Below, piece by piece: positions 37,298-46,640 of a stretch of 64,000 nt of DNA. Position 1 is the first letter of the stretch. Each line of letters opens with the position of its first letter. Source of the stretch: Candidatus Woesebacteria bacterium RBG_16_42_24 (GTDB lineage Bacteria; Patescibacteriota; Microgenomatia; UBA8517); contig MGFX01000007.1 in NCBI GenBank assembly GCA_001792115.1, forward strand, positions 5,265-69,264, in the 5' to 3' direction. The position numbers and the translations under genes were made by a program. The notes beneath the pieces are model-generated. The model was not told the DNA's origin. It did not search any database and saw nothing but the letters and a program-made list of their open reading frames with translations.

Positions 37298-37861
37298 ATG
37301 TTAGAGTATTTCGGGTTAAAAATCTGTGGTCTAACTCGCAAACTTCCCCTAATCCCCATTTCCAAGAACACCAAAATTGCTAGCTTTAACATTTTGGGGG
37401 ATGCAGAGCTGACCGAAAAAGTGGCTACTGAACTTTCAAAAAGACTAAAAAAATATAAATTTGATTATCTCGTGGGACCCGAAGTAAAGGTGGTTCCACT
37501 TATTCATGAACTGGCAACTAAATTAAGACACAAAAAATATGTAATATGCAGAAAGAGCGTCAAACCTTATATGGCCTCCCCAACTATTCTCAAGCCTCTT
37601 TCCCACTTCCCCAAACACGTAAGGCCCCTTGTTATTGACGGGGCTGATAAAGAAATGCTCTCTGGAAAAAAAGTTGTAATTGTAGACGATGTGGTCTCAA
37701 CCGGAGTAACGATAAGAATGATTAAATACCTGATGGATAAAATTGGAGCAAAGGTTGTGGCAACTGTTGCAATCATAAGGCAGGGAGAAAAACAATTTGA
37801 CGAAATTGAGAATTTTATTTACTTGGCCGAACTTCCAATTTTCAAAGAGACCACAATATAG
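37298..37861 (+). CDS. Type I phosphoribosyltransferase (purine/pyrimidine salvage PRTase)
   Basis: PRPP-binding motif KVVIVDDVVSTGVTI. Confidence 0.7.
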   Translation: MLEYFGLKICGLTRKLPLIPISKNTKIASFNILGDAELTEKVATELSKRLKKYKFDYLVGPEVKVVPLIHELATKLRHKKYVICRKSVKPYMASPTILKPLSHFPKHVRPLVIDGADKEMLSGKKVVIVDDVVSTGVTIRMIKYLMDKIGAKVVATVAIIRQGEKQFDEIENFIYLAELPIFKETTI

Positions 37862-37989
37862 GACATTTCTTCTTCTTGACAGGGGTAAGGGCAATTGCTA
37901 AGGTTAATATGTTTTCACAACAGCGCAATATCTCAGATTAAGCCGGAGAAAAATATAAGAAACAGGGCTTAAAAAAGGTACCCGGACTG

Positions 37990-39111
37990 TTGTGTTCGGG
38001 TTTTTTAGTTTTAATGAGTGTAGAATTTCGAGTTACCTCCGATTTTCGGGAACTTGCCGAAATAGCAGAAGCTAGAAACGCCTCTCCAGAATGGCGCGGA
38101 GTTTTAGAAATTAAGCCTTCAGTAAATAGAGTCTTCCGTCTTCGTGGAAGACCTCCCAATAAGGGTGATATAAACGACATCTACTACGACTTGGTAGATT
38201 TTTCCCAAATAACGATATCTTTTAATGAGCTTGCTCGGCGACTTTCACAAATGGCAGAGTTAGAAGGTACTTATTACCCTCTAGCCGAAAATTTCGCCCT
38301 TCGTGTCGCTCGAGATACAGGTCGTTACGAAAGAATCCCGGATTTTATAGATGCAGGCAAAGACCTGGTTGCTCACGCCGTCTGGTACTTATGGAGACCG
38401 GAAAGAGGGGAAGATTTTACAACCCTAAACAGTATAAATAAAGCTCAACTAAACAGGGCCCTAAAATCTTTTTGGTACCGCTCAAATTTCCACCAATCCT
38501 TCTCGGGCGTGGCAATCCATGAACTGCATACGGCCAAGCCTTTGGATGAAAATGACGCGACTGCCGTACGATCAAAGCCTAGAACAAGACTCAAGCAAGC
38601 CACTCTACATCTTTCTCTGCCCTCTGTTATCGCAACTGTTGATGAATGTGACCCGATCGAAAAGATAGCCTCCCTTGCCGTAATGGGATATTACCCCGAC
38701 GGGAGAGGGCTCATGGGAGTAGCCAAACAAATTAGGGTGGATCGAATCAAGTTGGGATACGCCTTAAACCGAGCGATTGAAAAACTTATACAGACTCGAA
38801 ACGGAGCAACTCCCGAAAGGTCAATTAGAGAAATTGTTGACGAGCTCCTACGAGACGGAAAATACCGCTACGCCTCCGGAGCAGCAGTGGTAAGAAACTC
38901 TCCGAGATACTTACTTCTAAGAATGAGGAAGTTACCCCAAGGACTATCTGAACCAGAAAGGAAAATCGTGGAATTAGCACTCATGAGAAACGGCAATACG
39001 CTCTTGTACTCTAACAATGAGGAAATAGGACAACAACTCGGAGTAGACAAGAATATGATTTTCAACGTAATCCGAAACGTCACGAGTAGTCTTCAGCAGG
39101 ATACACTTTAG
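37990..39111 (+). CDS. Hypothetical regulator with sigma-70 region-4-like C-terminal HTH
   Basis: The C-terminus (LSEPERKIVELALMRNGNTLLYSNNEEIGQQLGVDKNMIFNVIRNV) fits the sigma-70 region-4 / LuxR-type HTH pattern. N-terminal ~300 aa unrecognised. The real start may be the ATG at 38014 (MSVEFRV). Confidence 0.4.
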   Translation: MCSGFLVLMSVEFRVTSDFRELAEIAEARNASPEWRGVLEIKPSVNRVFRLRGRPPNKGDINDIYYDLVDFSQITISFNELARRLSQMAELEGTYYPLAENFALRVARDTGRYERIPDFIDAGKDLVAHAVWYLWRPERGEDFTTLNSINKAQLNRALKSFWYRSNFHQSFSGVAIHELHTAKPLDENDATAVRSKPRTRLKQATLHLSLPSVIATVDECDPIEKIASLAVMGYYPDGRGLMGVAKQIRVDRIKLGYALNRAIEKLIQTRNGATPERSIREIVDELLRDGKYRYASGAAVVRNSPRYLLLRMRKLPQGLSEPERKIVELALMRNGNTLLYSNNEEIGQQLGVDKNMIFNVIRNVTSSLQQDTL

Positions 39112-39242
39112 GAAAAACCTTGAGACTATCCTGCTGCAGTCTACCTTTTCTAGGTCCCGAAGGTAGAAAATCCTAGCAGCAAAAAGGAGGATTGCCCTTT
39201 TACAAATAGGGACCGCTTACACTCAAACTGGAGGAAGCAACA

Positions 39243-40259
39243 ATGTCTCGCAAATGGAGGGTCCTGTTCGTGCTGGGAATCCTGGCGGTACTTACTGCCG
39301 GATGCGGAGCCTCTGCTCAACCGCAAGCCCAGCCGCCTGTGCAGGTGGAGGTTATCGTTGTCTACCCTACTCCGATGCCTACCCAGATTCCTGCACCAAC
39401 AGCCGTACCGTTGAAGCTCGATGACACCCCTCGTATCGCCCTGATTTCTGCCTTTGACGGCGAACTCTACGCTTTCAGGGACGAGGGCAACATCGAGGAA
39501 ACCCTAGTCGTCGACGGCCGAACCGTGTACATGGGAACGCTTGCTGGGCACGACGTTCTCATGACGATCAGTGGGGTTTCGATGGTCAACGCAACGCAGG
39601 CGGTGACCACGCTGATCGAGCGGTTCAACATCACACACATCGTGTTTTCGGGTATAGCGGGCGGCGTCAACCCGGATCTTCGAATCGGCGACGTGGCTGT
39701 GCCTGCGAGGTGGGCTGAGTACCAAGAGAACTACTTCGCCCGAGAGACGTCCGGCGGCTTCGCTCCCCCGCCCTGGGTCACGCCGATAGCACCCAACTTC
39801 GGGATGATGTTTCCCAGCTGTCCCGATGTCGTTCTGCCAGGGTCTCCGCCCGACCTCGAGACTACGATGTGCTGGTGGAACGCCGACCCAACCATGCTCC
39901 AAGTCGCCCAACAGGTGGCCACCAGCATCGAGCTCGAACGGTGTGTCGATGCAGACCACTGTCTCAGTGAAACGCCGGTCGTCAGGGTCGGTGGAAACGG
40001 CGTAGCCGGGCCCACTTTCGTGGACAATGCGGAATACCGAAGCTATGTCTGGGACGTCTGGCGGGCTGACTCCCTGGACATGGAAAGCTCAGCCGTTGCC
40101 CACGTGGCTACCGACAAGCATGTTCCGTTCATCATCTTCCGGAGCCTCTCCGATCTTGCCGGAGGCGGCCCAGGAGAGAACGAGATCGGGACATTCTTCG
40201 GCATCGCGGCCACCAACAGCGCCAGGGTCATGCTCGCCTTCCTGGAAGCCTGGCCGTAA
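39243..40259 (+). CDS. Lipoprotein of the PNP/UDP phosphorylase family-1 (MTA/SAH nucleosidase-like), strongly GC-rich
   Basis: Lipobox LTAGC after a signal peptide; GHDVLMTISG, FSGIAGGV and DMESSAVAHVA match family-1 nucleoside phosphorylase/nucleosidase motifs. GGAGG RBS 7 nt upstream. 60-nt spot counts give ~63% GC, against ~35-45% for neighbouring genes. Confidence 0.65.
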   Translation: MSRKWRVLFVLGILAVLTAGCGASAQPQAQPPVQVEVIVVYPTPMPTQIPAPTAVPLKLDDTPRIALISAFDGELYAFRDEGNIEETLVVDGRTVYMGTLAGHDVLMTISGVSMVNATQAVTTLIERFNITHIVFSGIAGGVNPDLRIGDVAVPARWAEYQENYFARETSGGFAPPPWVTPIAPNFGMMFPSCPDVVLPGSPPDLETTMCWWNADPTMLQVAQQVATSIELERCVDADHCLSETPVVRVGGNGVAGPTFVDNAEYRSYVWDVWRADSLDMESSAVAHVATDKHVPFIIFRSLSDLAGGGPGENEIGTFFGIAATNSARVMLAFLEAWP

Positions 40260-40346
40260 GCACCGTACGGGGAAAGAAATTTAAGTCCCCAAAGGGGGGG
40301 TCGAAGTGGACAATCGTCCATCAGGCCCCCTCTGGTACTTTAAAAG

Positions 40347-40418
40347 TGGTCGCTGCAGGGATCGAACCTGCGACCTCTTCGATGTGAACGAAGCGCTCTA
40401 CCACTGAGCCAAGCGACC
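40347..40418 (-). tRNA. tRNA-Val (anticodon CAC)
   Basis: Minus strand: acceptor GGTCGCT/AGCGACC, anticodon stem CTTCG/CGAAG with loop TTCACAT, T-arm GCAGG-TTCGATC-CCTGC. Confidence 0.85.
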
Positions 40419-40500
40419 AATATGCATATTTTACCACGCCAGTGGGCCATTCTCATTTAACCCCTTGTAACTTAAGTTTGGACACGAATATAATTAATTC

Positions 40501-41067
40501 ATGTTTCTAAAACGTCTGGGAGCTTTTTTTTTGGACTTTTTGGAGGTAATTGTTTTTGCCGTAGCAATATTTCTTTTCTTTTATCTTCTGATCTTGCAAC
40601 CCCATAGAATTGACGGCAACTCCATGCAACCCAATTACCCAGACAACGAACTACTTTTGACCGACAAAGTAAGCTACAGATTCAATGAACCCCAGCGAGG
40701 TGATGTGATTGTTTTTGAAGCTACAGCACCAACCGATAAAGGAAAAGAATTCATTAAAAGAATAATGGGTTTACCCGGGGAGAGGATTATGGTAAAAGAC
40801 GGCCTTTTTTGGGTAAATGGAAAGGTAGTGAGAGAGGATTATTTAGCTTCCGGCACCCAAACCTTTTCAGGAGTTTTCCTTAAAGATGGGGAGGAAAAGG
40901 AAGTTCCAAGCGGAGAATACTTTGTCATGGGAGATAATCGTGGCTCCTCGTCCGATTCAAGAGCCTGGGGATTTGTTCCCAAGGAGGCTATTACCGGAAA
41001 GAGCTGGTTCATCTATTGGCCACCTAAAAACTTGGGAATAGTTGCAAAAGTTGAATATTCTATCTAA
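40501..41067 (+). CDS. lepB: Signal peptidase I
   Basis: TM helix, catalytic Ser box (DGNSMQPNY), RIMGLPGERI and GDNRGSSSDSR boxes. Confidence 0.85.
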   Translation: MFLKRLGAFFLDFLEVIVFAVAIFLFFYLLILQPHRIDGNSMQPNYPDNELLLTDKVSYRFNEPQRGDVIVFEATAPTDKGKEFIKRIMGLPGERIMVKDGLFWVNGKVVREDYLASGTQTFSGVFLKDGEEKEVPSGEYFVMGDNRGSSSDSRAWGFVPKEAITGKSWFIYWPPKNLGIVAKVEYSI

Positions 41068-41070
41068 AAG

Positions 41071-41919
41071 TTAAATCGAGGTAATGGCTCTATGAACTTT
41101 TTGAAGCCTTTCCTCTGTTTCCTCCAAACCACCCTTAAATACGATACTGATTTTTGTTTCGCGCCTTGAGCGAACTAATTTAACGGTTGATTTCCTAATA
41201 TCTTCGGAAATTCCGTCGTTCAATTTCTTTTGCATCTCCTCCTGCATTTTGTCTAGCTCCTCCGAGACTACCCTTAACTGGTCTTGTCTAACCCCAACCG
41301 TTTTTGTCGACTGTTGAGACTTTGCTTTCATTCTCCTCGCTAATTCCTCAGCCCGCCTCACAGACCCACTTTCCCGCAAAATTATCTTATAAGCCTCAAG
41401 CATAAGCCCCTGGTCATCCACGGCCGCCAGGGCTCTTGCGTGACCCTCCGATATTAAACCAGAAAGAAGACCATCCTTCAGGGCGTCTGGCAAAGAAAGA
41501 AGCCTTATTGAGTTTGAAACGTAAGCAACGCTCTTTCCGATTCTTACTGCAATCTCGCTCGTTGTGAGACCAAACTCATGAATTAATCTTTCGAATCCCT
41601 TCGCCCGATCGAGTGGATTAAGGTCAATCCTCTGAACGTTTTCAACTAGTGCCATCTCAAGCATCCCCTTGGGCGATGTTTCCCTTATTAGTGCTGGGAC
41701 AAACGGTAATCCCGCCAACTTCGAAGCGCGCCATCTTCTCTCCCCCGCAATTATTTGATATCCGGCTGGTGTCTTAGCAACAACCAGGGGCTCAAGTATT
41801 CCGTGTTCTTTAATAGAATCAACTAGATCTACCAGGGATTCTGGAGTAATTGCACCACGCGGCTGGAGAGGATTTGGTTGGAGCTCGTTTACGTCTATCT
41901 GAACTACTTCTTCTGCCAT
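41071..41919 (-). CDS. parB: ParB/Spo0J chromosome partitioning protein
   Basis: ParB box GILEPLVVAKTPAGYQIIAGERRWRASKLAGL, followed by an HTH. Confidence 0.85.
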   Translation of the reverse strand: MAEEVVQIDVNELQPNPLQPRGAITPESLVDLVDSIKEHGILEPLVVAKTPAGYQIIAGERRWRASKLAGLPFVPALIRETSPKGMLEMALVENVQRIDLNPLDRAKGFERLIHEFGLTTSEIAVRIGKSVAYVSNSIRLLSLPDALKDGLLSGLISEGHARALAAVDDQGLMLEAYKIILRESGSVRRAEELARRMKAKSQQSTKTVGVRQDQLRVVSEELDKMQEEMQKKLNDGISEDIRKSTVKLVRSRRETKISIVFKGGLEETEERLQKVHRAITSI

Positions 41920-41920
41920 A

Positions 41921-42166
41921 TTATGTTATTGAAATTATGCCTTTCCCATATTTTTGGCTCATTTTCACTTTCCCAACCCGCACCGAATAAATCGTGTGGT
42001 CTCGACCTTTTTTGGCACCGGTACCTGCATGAAATTTAGTACCTCTTTGTCTAATCAATATTTCTCCCGCTCCAACACTTTCTCCATTTGACACTTTCAT
42101 TCCAAGCCTTTTTCCAGCTGGGGAAACGTGTTGAGATGCTTTACCGCCTTGTTTATGCGTAGACAT
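41921..42166 (-). CDS. rpmA: 50S ribosomal protein L27
   Basis: Start MSTHKQGGKAS..., then RLGMKVSNGESVGAGEILIRQRGTKFHAG...GKDHTIYS, the L27 core. Start moved to the internal ATG. Confidence 0.8.
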   Translation of the reverse strand: MSTHKQGGKASQHVSPAGKRLGMKVSNGESVGAGEILIRQRGTKFHAGTGAKKGRDHTIYSVRVGKVKMSQKYGKGIISIT

Positions 42167-42248
42167 AGTAATTTTTTGAAATTGCAATCAATATAATGGA
42201 TATTTTCACAGCTGTCAAGAGACTAGAAAGAGGCAATTTGATATATTT

Positions 42249-42551
42249 TCAGAGAGATATTTTCTCTACAAGTAGCCTTGAGAATTGGGGACGAAATCCT
42301 ATATGTTTCCTGTATCTTGATTTAGCTCTGAATTTTATGACGTCAATTTTTTCTCCTTTAACGTCTGCAATCTTTTTTAGAGCTACCTTTGCGCCGACGA
42401 CTTTTGGTTTTCCGACGGAAACTTTTTCTGAATCCACAACCAACAAAACCTCAGGAGCGACCTCATCCTCTATCCTATCGACTAAAATTTCTTCTTTTTC
42501 CGAAACTTTATATTGATGACCGCCAAGCCGTATTACTGCATATTTAGCCAT
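42249..42551 (-). CDS. rplU: 50S ribosomal protein L21
   Basis: MAKYAVIRLGGHQYKVSEKEEILVD...KIDVIKFRAKSRYRKHIGFRPQFSRLLVEKI matches L21. Start at the internal ATG. Confidence 0.8.
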   Translation of the reverse strand: MAKYAVIRLGGHQYKVSEKEEILVDRIEDEVAPEVLLVVDSEKVSVGKPKVVGAKVALKKIADVKGEKIDVIKFRAKSRYRKHIGFRPQFSRLLVEKISL

Positions 42552-42586
42552 ATTCATCGCAATTTTAACCTGAAGGGCAGGCAAAC

Positions 42587-43648
42587 TCAAGATTGAATTT
42601 GTTTCCGACAGGAAGTTACTATCGCAAGCGAAATGCTGGTGGCAAGAAGCGACGATCCTCCTCCTGAAACAAGTGGTAAGGGAACACCGGTTATGGGTAG
42701 AATACCCATATTCATCCCGATATGCACAAATGTTTGGGCAAAAAGAGTTAAAAAAATTCCTGCCGTATACGCCCTCGCCGCAAAACTTCTAGGATCTGAA
42801 ATTACGCTTGAAATCCTCCAAAAAACCGCAAAAAGGCCTACCAGGATTAGTCCTGCTCCAACTAGACCCATCTCCTCGGCAATTGAAGCAAAAATAAAGT
42901 CCGTGTGCCGCTCGGGCAGGAATGCTAGTTGTGTTTGAACCCCCCGCCCCAATCCCCTACCGGTAAGCTTTCCAGAGCCAACAGAAATCATCGCTTGCAA
43001 GCTATTGTATCCCGCTCCATAGGGGTCGCTGCCGGGATTTATGAAAGTAATTATTCTTGCTTTTTGATAAGGGGCAAGAGCCTGCCAGGCAAGCGGCACG
43101 ATTACTATAAGTATTAGTCCCCCAAAAAGCAACAATTTTTTGTTTATTTCCGAAGCTAGTACTACGCCTATAAAGCCAACTAGTGTCAATATCGCCACCC
43201 CGAGTGAGGGTTGTACCAAAATAAGAAAAGCGGGCAGGGTAAGTAAGATTAGAGTATTTATAAATCTTTTTAAGTCAATCTTCTGGGATGTTAGGTAGTT
43301 GGCGAAATAAATAATTAAAAGCGGTCTAACTATTTCCGCCGGCTGAATAGTAAGAGGTCCAATTGGTATCCAACGAATTGCACCCCTGGTAACTTGTCCA
43401 ATCAAAAGCGGAGCCAAAAGAAGAAGAATCGAGAGTATATACAGATGTTTTGAAAAAAGCGAGAGAATTTCAAAATCGATATGAGAGAATATAATAAAGG
43501 CAACCACCGCGAGTGCCAAATATAAAAAATATACAGGGAAAAGAGAAGGAGCCAGAGAGCGAAGGTTAACCACACCAAAGACTACCAAAAAAATTGCTGC
43601 GAATAAGAGGATATAGTCAAAGCGGCGTGAGATTGAAAAACCTTTCAT
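42587..43648 (-). CDS. rodA: SEDS-family peptidoglycan glycosyltransferase, RodA-like (second SEDS paralog in the window)
   Basis: 10-TM FtsW/RodA/SpoVE signature region (ERHTDFIFASIAEEMGLVG...GILPITGVPLPLVSGGGSS). Called RodA because a separate ftsW lies next to murG. Confidence 0.75.
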   Translation of the reverse strand: MKGFSISRRFDYILLFAAIFLVVFGVVNLRSLAPSLFPVYFLYLALAVVAFIIFSHIDFEILSLFSKHLYILSILLLLAPLLIGQVTRGAIRWIPIGPLTIQPAEIVRPLLIIYFANYLTSQKIDLKRFINTLILLTLPAFLILVQPSLGVAILTLVGFIGVVLASEINKKLLLFGGLILIVIVPLAWQALAPYQKARIITFINPGSDPYGAGYNSLQAMISVGSGKLTGRGLGRGVQTQLAFLPERHTDFIFASIAEEMGLVGAGLILVGLFAVFWRISSVISDPRSFAARAYTAGIFLTLFAQTFVHIGMNMGILPITGVPLPLVSGGGSSLLATSISLAIVTSCRKQIQS

Positions 43649-43649
43649 C

Positions 43650-46580
43650 CTAACTCAATTTGCTTACCTTGAAATCTCCTTTTGTCAATTTGCCAATTAT
43701 AGCTTTAGATGTTACTCTTTGAATAAGATATTTGTTCATTGGCAGCCATGGTGTAGAAACGTTTATCTTTTGGGTAAGATCCATACCCATTTTTTTCCTT
43801 TCTTCCTGAATATCTCTAATAAGTTCTCGAGTTTTAGCTTCCTCTTCGAGTTCAGGTGTTATTTTAGTATCTAGTTTGTTATTTAACGTTTTCCCCTTCT
43901 TTAAGGTCCATTTTTTTATATTTAACTCATCTAATAAATAAGTCCTGAGATTATTACCAATTTCGAATGGAGCAGAAGTTTCTAAATAAGCTAATGGTTG
44001 TCTAACTGGAATTCCCTTTTCTTTTCTAATTGAGTGAACTTTCTCTACGACTAGCCTAAGATTCTGCATATCACTAATTAATTTGGCGTCAACATCAGCG
44101 GCTTTTGGCCAATCCGACAAATGGACCGATTCTTCCTCTGACAAATTTTTATAAATTATTTCAGCAATGAAAGGGGTAAATGGAGCAAGAAGTTTGGTTA
44201 AGGTAACAAGTAGCAAGTGACAAGTTGTATAGAATATATCTTTATCTTTTTCGGACTCCGCGGCTGGACCTATTCTATCTCGGGAACGCCTAACGTACCA
44301 AAGAGATAAATCATCGACAAATGCCTCAATGGCCCCACTCGCTTGATAAGCATCATATTTCTCAAGGGATTCTGTTACTTCCTTAATAGTTTGGTTGAGT
44401 CTCGAGAGGATCCATTTATCAAGTGGCGTCAGATTTGAGTTTTTCCCGCCTGCCGGCGGGGCAGGGAGTTTTCTAGTTTTTGATGGCTTCCATCTATCAA
44501 GATTCGCATAGGTGACAAAGAAGTTATAGACGTTCCAGAGTTTTAGATGAAATCTCCTTCTTGTTTCATCAGCAACATGATATCCGAATATAAGATTCTC
44601 TGATGGGTTCTGTCGAACATACATCCAGCGCATGACATCGACTCCAATTTTGTCTGCGCCTTCATTGAATTCGATTGCATTCCCCCATGATTTATGCATT
44701 GGACGGCCGTCTTCTCCAAAAAGCGTCGCAAAACCCAAAACGGATTTAAAGGGTTCACGATTTTCTAAGACAGTACTCATCGCCAAAAGTGAGTAAAACC
44801 AATTTTTAAACTGTCCCGGAAAGCTTTCTGTGATAAAGTCAGCCGGATACCACTTCTCAAACTCTTTTTTGTCTGTTAAGTAAAGCGGGGCACTTTTATT
44901 GTCAACCGAAACCGTGGAGAATGAAACAATCCCCGCGTCAAGCCATGGATTTCCTACATCCTGTATTCTTTCCATAACCTCCCCACACTTTGAGCACTTT
45001 ATTTTCACTTCGTCGATCCACGGCTTGTGAGGAGATTTGCCCTCAAATTTATCCCAACCCTCTGTCGCTTTTTGCCTTAATTCATCCTTTCCGCCAATCA
45101 CTTCAAAGTTTCCACATTTGCCACATACCCAAATGGGAAGAGCCAAACCCCAATAACGCTTTTTTGATATAAGCCAATCGTGCATATTTTTCAACCAGTC
45201 TAATTCCCTATCCAGTCCGAATTTTGGCAACCAGTTTATTTTCTTTGTGACTTCCATCATTTGCTCTCTCAACCCATCCATCGCGATGTACCATTCATCC
45301 ACCACCCTCCAAACAAGCTCGGTCTTGCAGCGCCAGCAGGCCGGGTATCTGTGTCTGTAAGAAACAATGTCGAAAAAGTACCTGCCTCCTTCTTTATCTT
45401 TGATGTAATCAAGAATTACTTCAGGGTGCTCTTTTGCATTTTTACCCGAGAATTCGCCCAAATCCGAAAGATAAGTTGCTTCCTCGTCTATAAGCTCGAT
45501 CACCGGAAGTTTTAGTTTCTTTCCAAGTTGAAAGTCTTCGCTTCCGGCTCCAGGGGCAACGTGCACAAGGCCTGTTCCTTCCTCTTCGCTGACCGGCAGA
45601 ATTTTTTCATCGGTCGCAACTACTTCATGAACATATTTTCCAAGTGATTTTTTTACCCTGACTAAACTATCGAATGGAGATTCATATTTGAATCCAGCTA
45701 ACTCTCGACCTTTCAATTTCTTTTCTAGAGTAAGCCCTAATCGCTTCGCCGCAAATTCAAGGAGATAATATTTATTTCCCGCAACTTTCCCAGTTGCAAC
45801 GACATAATCTTTGTCAGCGTCGATTGCGACAGCTACATTTCCTGGAAGGGTCCAGGGAGTCGTAGTCCAAACTAAAAGATACTCATTTCTCCTGCCCTTG
45901 ATCGGATATTCGATGTAGACGGAATCGTGAGTTGCCTCTTTATAATCTTCTGTGAGCATCTCGTGCTGGGAAATTGCGGTCCCGCAACGGGGACACCAGG
46001 GAACTGAATCTCGTCCTTTATAAATAAGACCGCGTTCATGGCACATTTTAAGAAAGTGCCAAATCATGTAGTTATTCTCATCCGAGAGGGTGTAGTAGGA
46101 GTTATCCCAATCCATAAAATAGCCCAAGCGTTTTGATTGCTCGGTTTGAATTCCGGCATATTTTTTTGCCCTCTCCTTACAAAGCTCTACAAAGCGCGCA
46201 ATTGAAGCTTTCTTGTCACCGGATACTAAATTCTCTATATCTCTTTTATTCTTTAACCCTAATTCTTTTTCAACTTCTACCTCAACCCAAAGACCTTGAC
46301 AATCAAAACCATTCTGAAATCTTTGCTTAAATCCCCGCATGTTATAGAAACGCTGCCAGAGATCTTTATAGGTCCTCCCCCATGCATGGTGAACTCCCAT
46401 GGGATTGTTGGCTGTAATGGGTCCGTCCAAGAAAGAGAAGTTTTTAGTAGAGTTTTTGTTTCTTTCTCTATACTTCTTAACCATTCCCGTAGTTTCCCAT
46501 TCTTTCAGGGTCTCCTTCTCCAAAGAAGGAAAGTCTACCTTGGGGTCAACAGCATCAAAAAAAGGCTTTTTGGCGGCCAT
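43650..46580 (-). CDS. ileS: Isoleucyl-tRNA synthetase
   Basis: Class I HIGH region (PITANNPMGVHHAWG), editing-domain insertion, NGFDCQGLWVEV, KMSKS-like PMHKSWGN, and C-terminal zinc-finger cysteines. Confidence 0.8.
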   Translation of the reverse strand: MAAKKPFFDAVDPKVDFPSLEKETLKEWETTGMVKKYRERNKNSTKNFSFLDGPITANNPMGVHHAWGRTYKDLWQRFYNMRGFKQRFQNGFDCQGLWVEVEVEKELGLKNKRDIENLVSGDKKASIARFVELCKERAKKYAGIQTEQSKRLGYFMDWDNSYYTLSDENNYMIWHFLKMCHERGLIYKGRDSVPWCPRCGTAISQHEMLTEDYKEATHDSVYIEYPIKGRRNEYLLVWTTTPWTLPGNVAVAIDADKDYVVATGKVAGNKYYLLEFAAKRLGLTLEKKLKGRELAGFKYESPFDSLVRVKKSLGKYVHEVVATDEKILPVSEEEGTGLVHVAPGAGSEDFQLGKKLKLPVIELIDEEATYLSDLGEFSGKNAKEHPEVILDYIKDKEGGRYFFDIVSYRHRYPACWRCKTELVWRVVDEWYIAMDGLREQMMEVTKKINWLPKFGLDRELDWLKNMHDWLISKKRYWGLALPIWVCGKCGNFEVIGGKDELRQKATEGWDKFEGKSPHKPWIDEVKIKCSKCGEVMERIQDVGNPWLDAGIVSFSTVSVDNKSAPLYLTDKKEFEKWYPADFITESFPGQFKNWFYSLLAMSTVLENREPFKSVLGFATLFGEDGRPMHKSWGNAIEFNEGADKIGVDVMRWMYVRQNPSENLIFGYHVADETRRRFHLKLWNVYNFFVTYANLDRWKPSKTRKLPAPPAGGKNSNLTPLDKWILSRLNQTIKEVTESLEKYDAYQASGAIEAFVDDLSLWYVRRSRDRIGPAAESEKDKDIFYTTCHLLLVTLTKLLAPFTPFIAEIIYKNLSEEESVHLSDWPKAADVDAKLISDMQNLRLVVEKVHSIRKEKGIPVRQPLAYLETSAPFEIGNNLRTYLLDELNIKKWTLKKGKTLNNKLDTKITPELEEEAKTRELIRDIQEERKKMGMDLTQKINVSTPWLPMNKYLIQRVTSKAIIGKLTKGDFKVSKLS

Positions 46581-46602
46581 ATTGAACTTATTCTACAACA
46601 AA

Positions 46603-46640
46603 CCTAGTGGATTTTGCGAAGGAGAGCGGAAAATTTCGTT
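46603..46640. repeat. Tail-module repeat copy A (within the Nudix 3' end; encodes ...FSALLRKIH-stop)
   Basis: Minus-strand aaattttccgctctccttcgcaaaatccactagg shares a ccttcgcaaaatccactagg core with the ftsZ 3' end (copy C) and tccgctct/ccttcgcaaaatccac with copy B. Confidence 0.7.

Noticed and set aside
39112-39242. A tRNA-Val 3'-end direct repeat (att-like) on the left side of the GC-rich gene
   Set aside because: Only a 6-7-nt ctgcag match to the tRNA-Val 3' region was seen, too short to call an attachment-site duplicate.
39467-40321. Several 67-151-aa ORFs on both strands overlapping the GC-rich nucleosidase gene
   Set aside because: High GC suppresses stop codons and generates long spurious antisense and alternative-frame ORFs. 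Only the 39243..40259 frame has a signal peptide, a lipobox, an RBS and family motifs.
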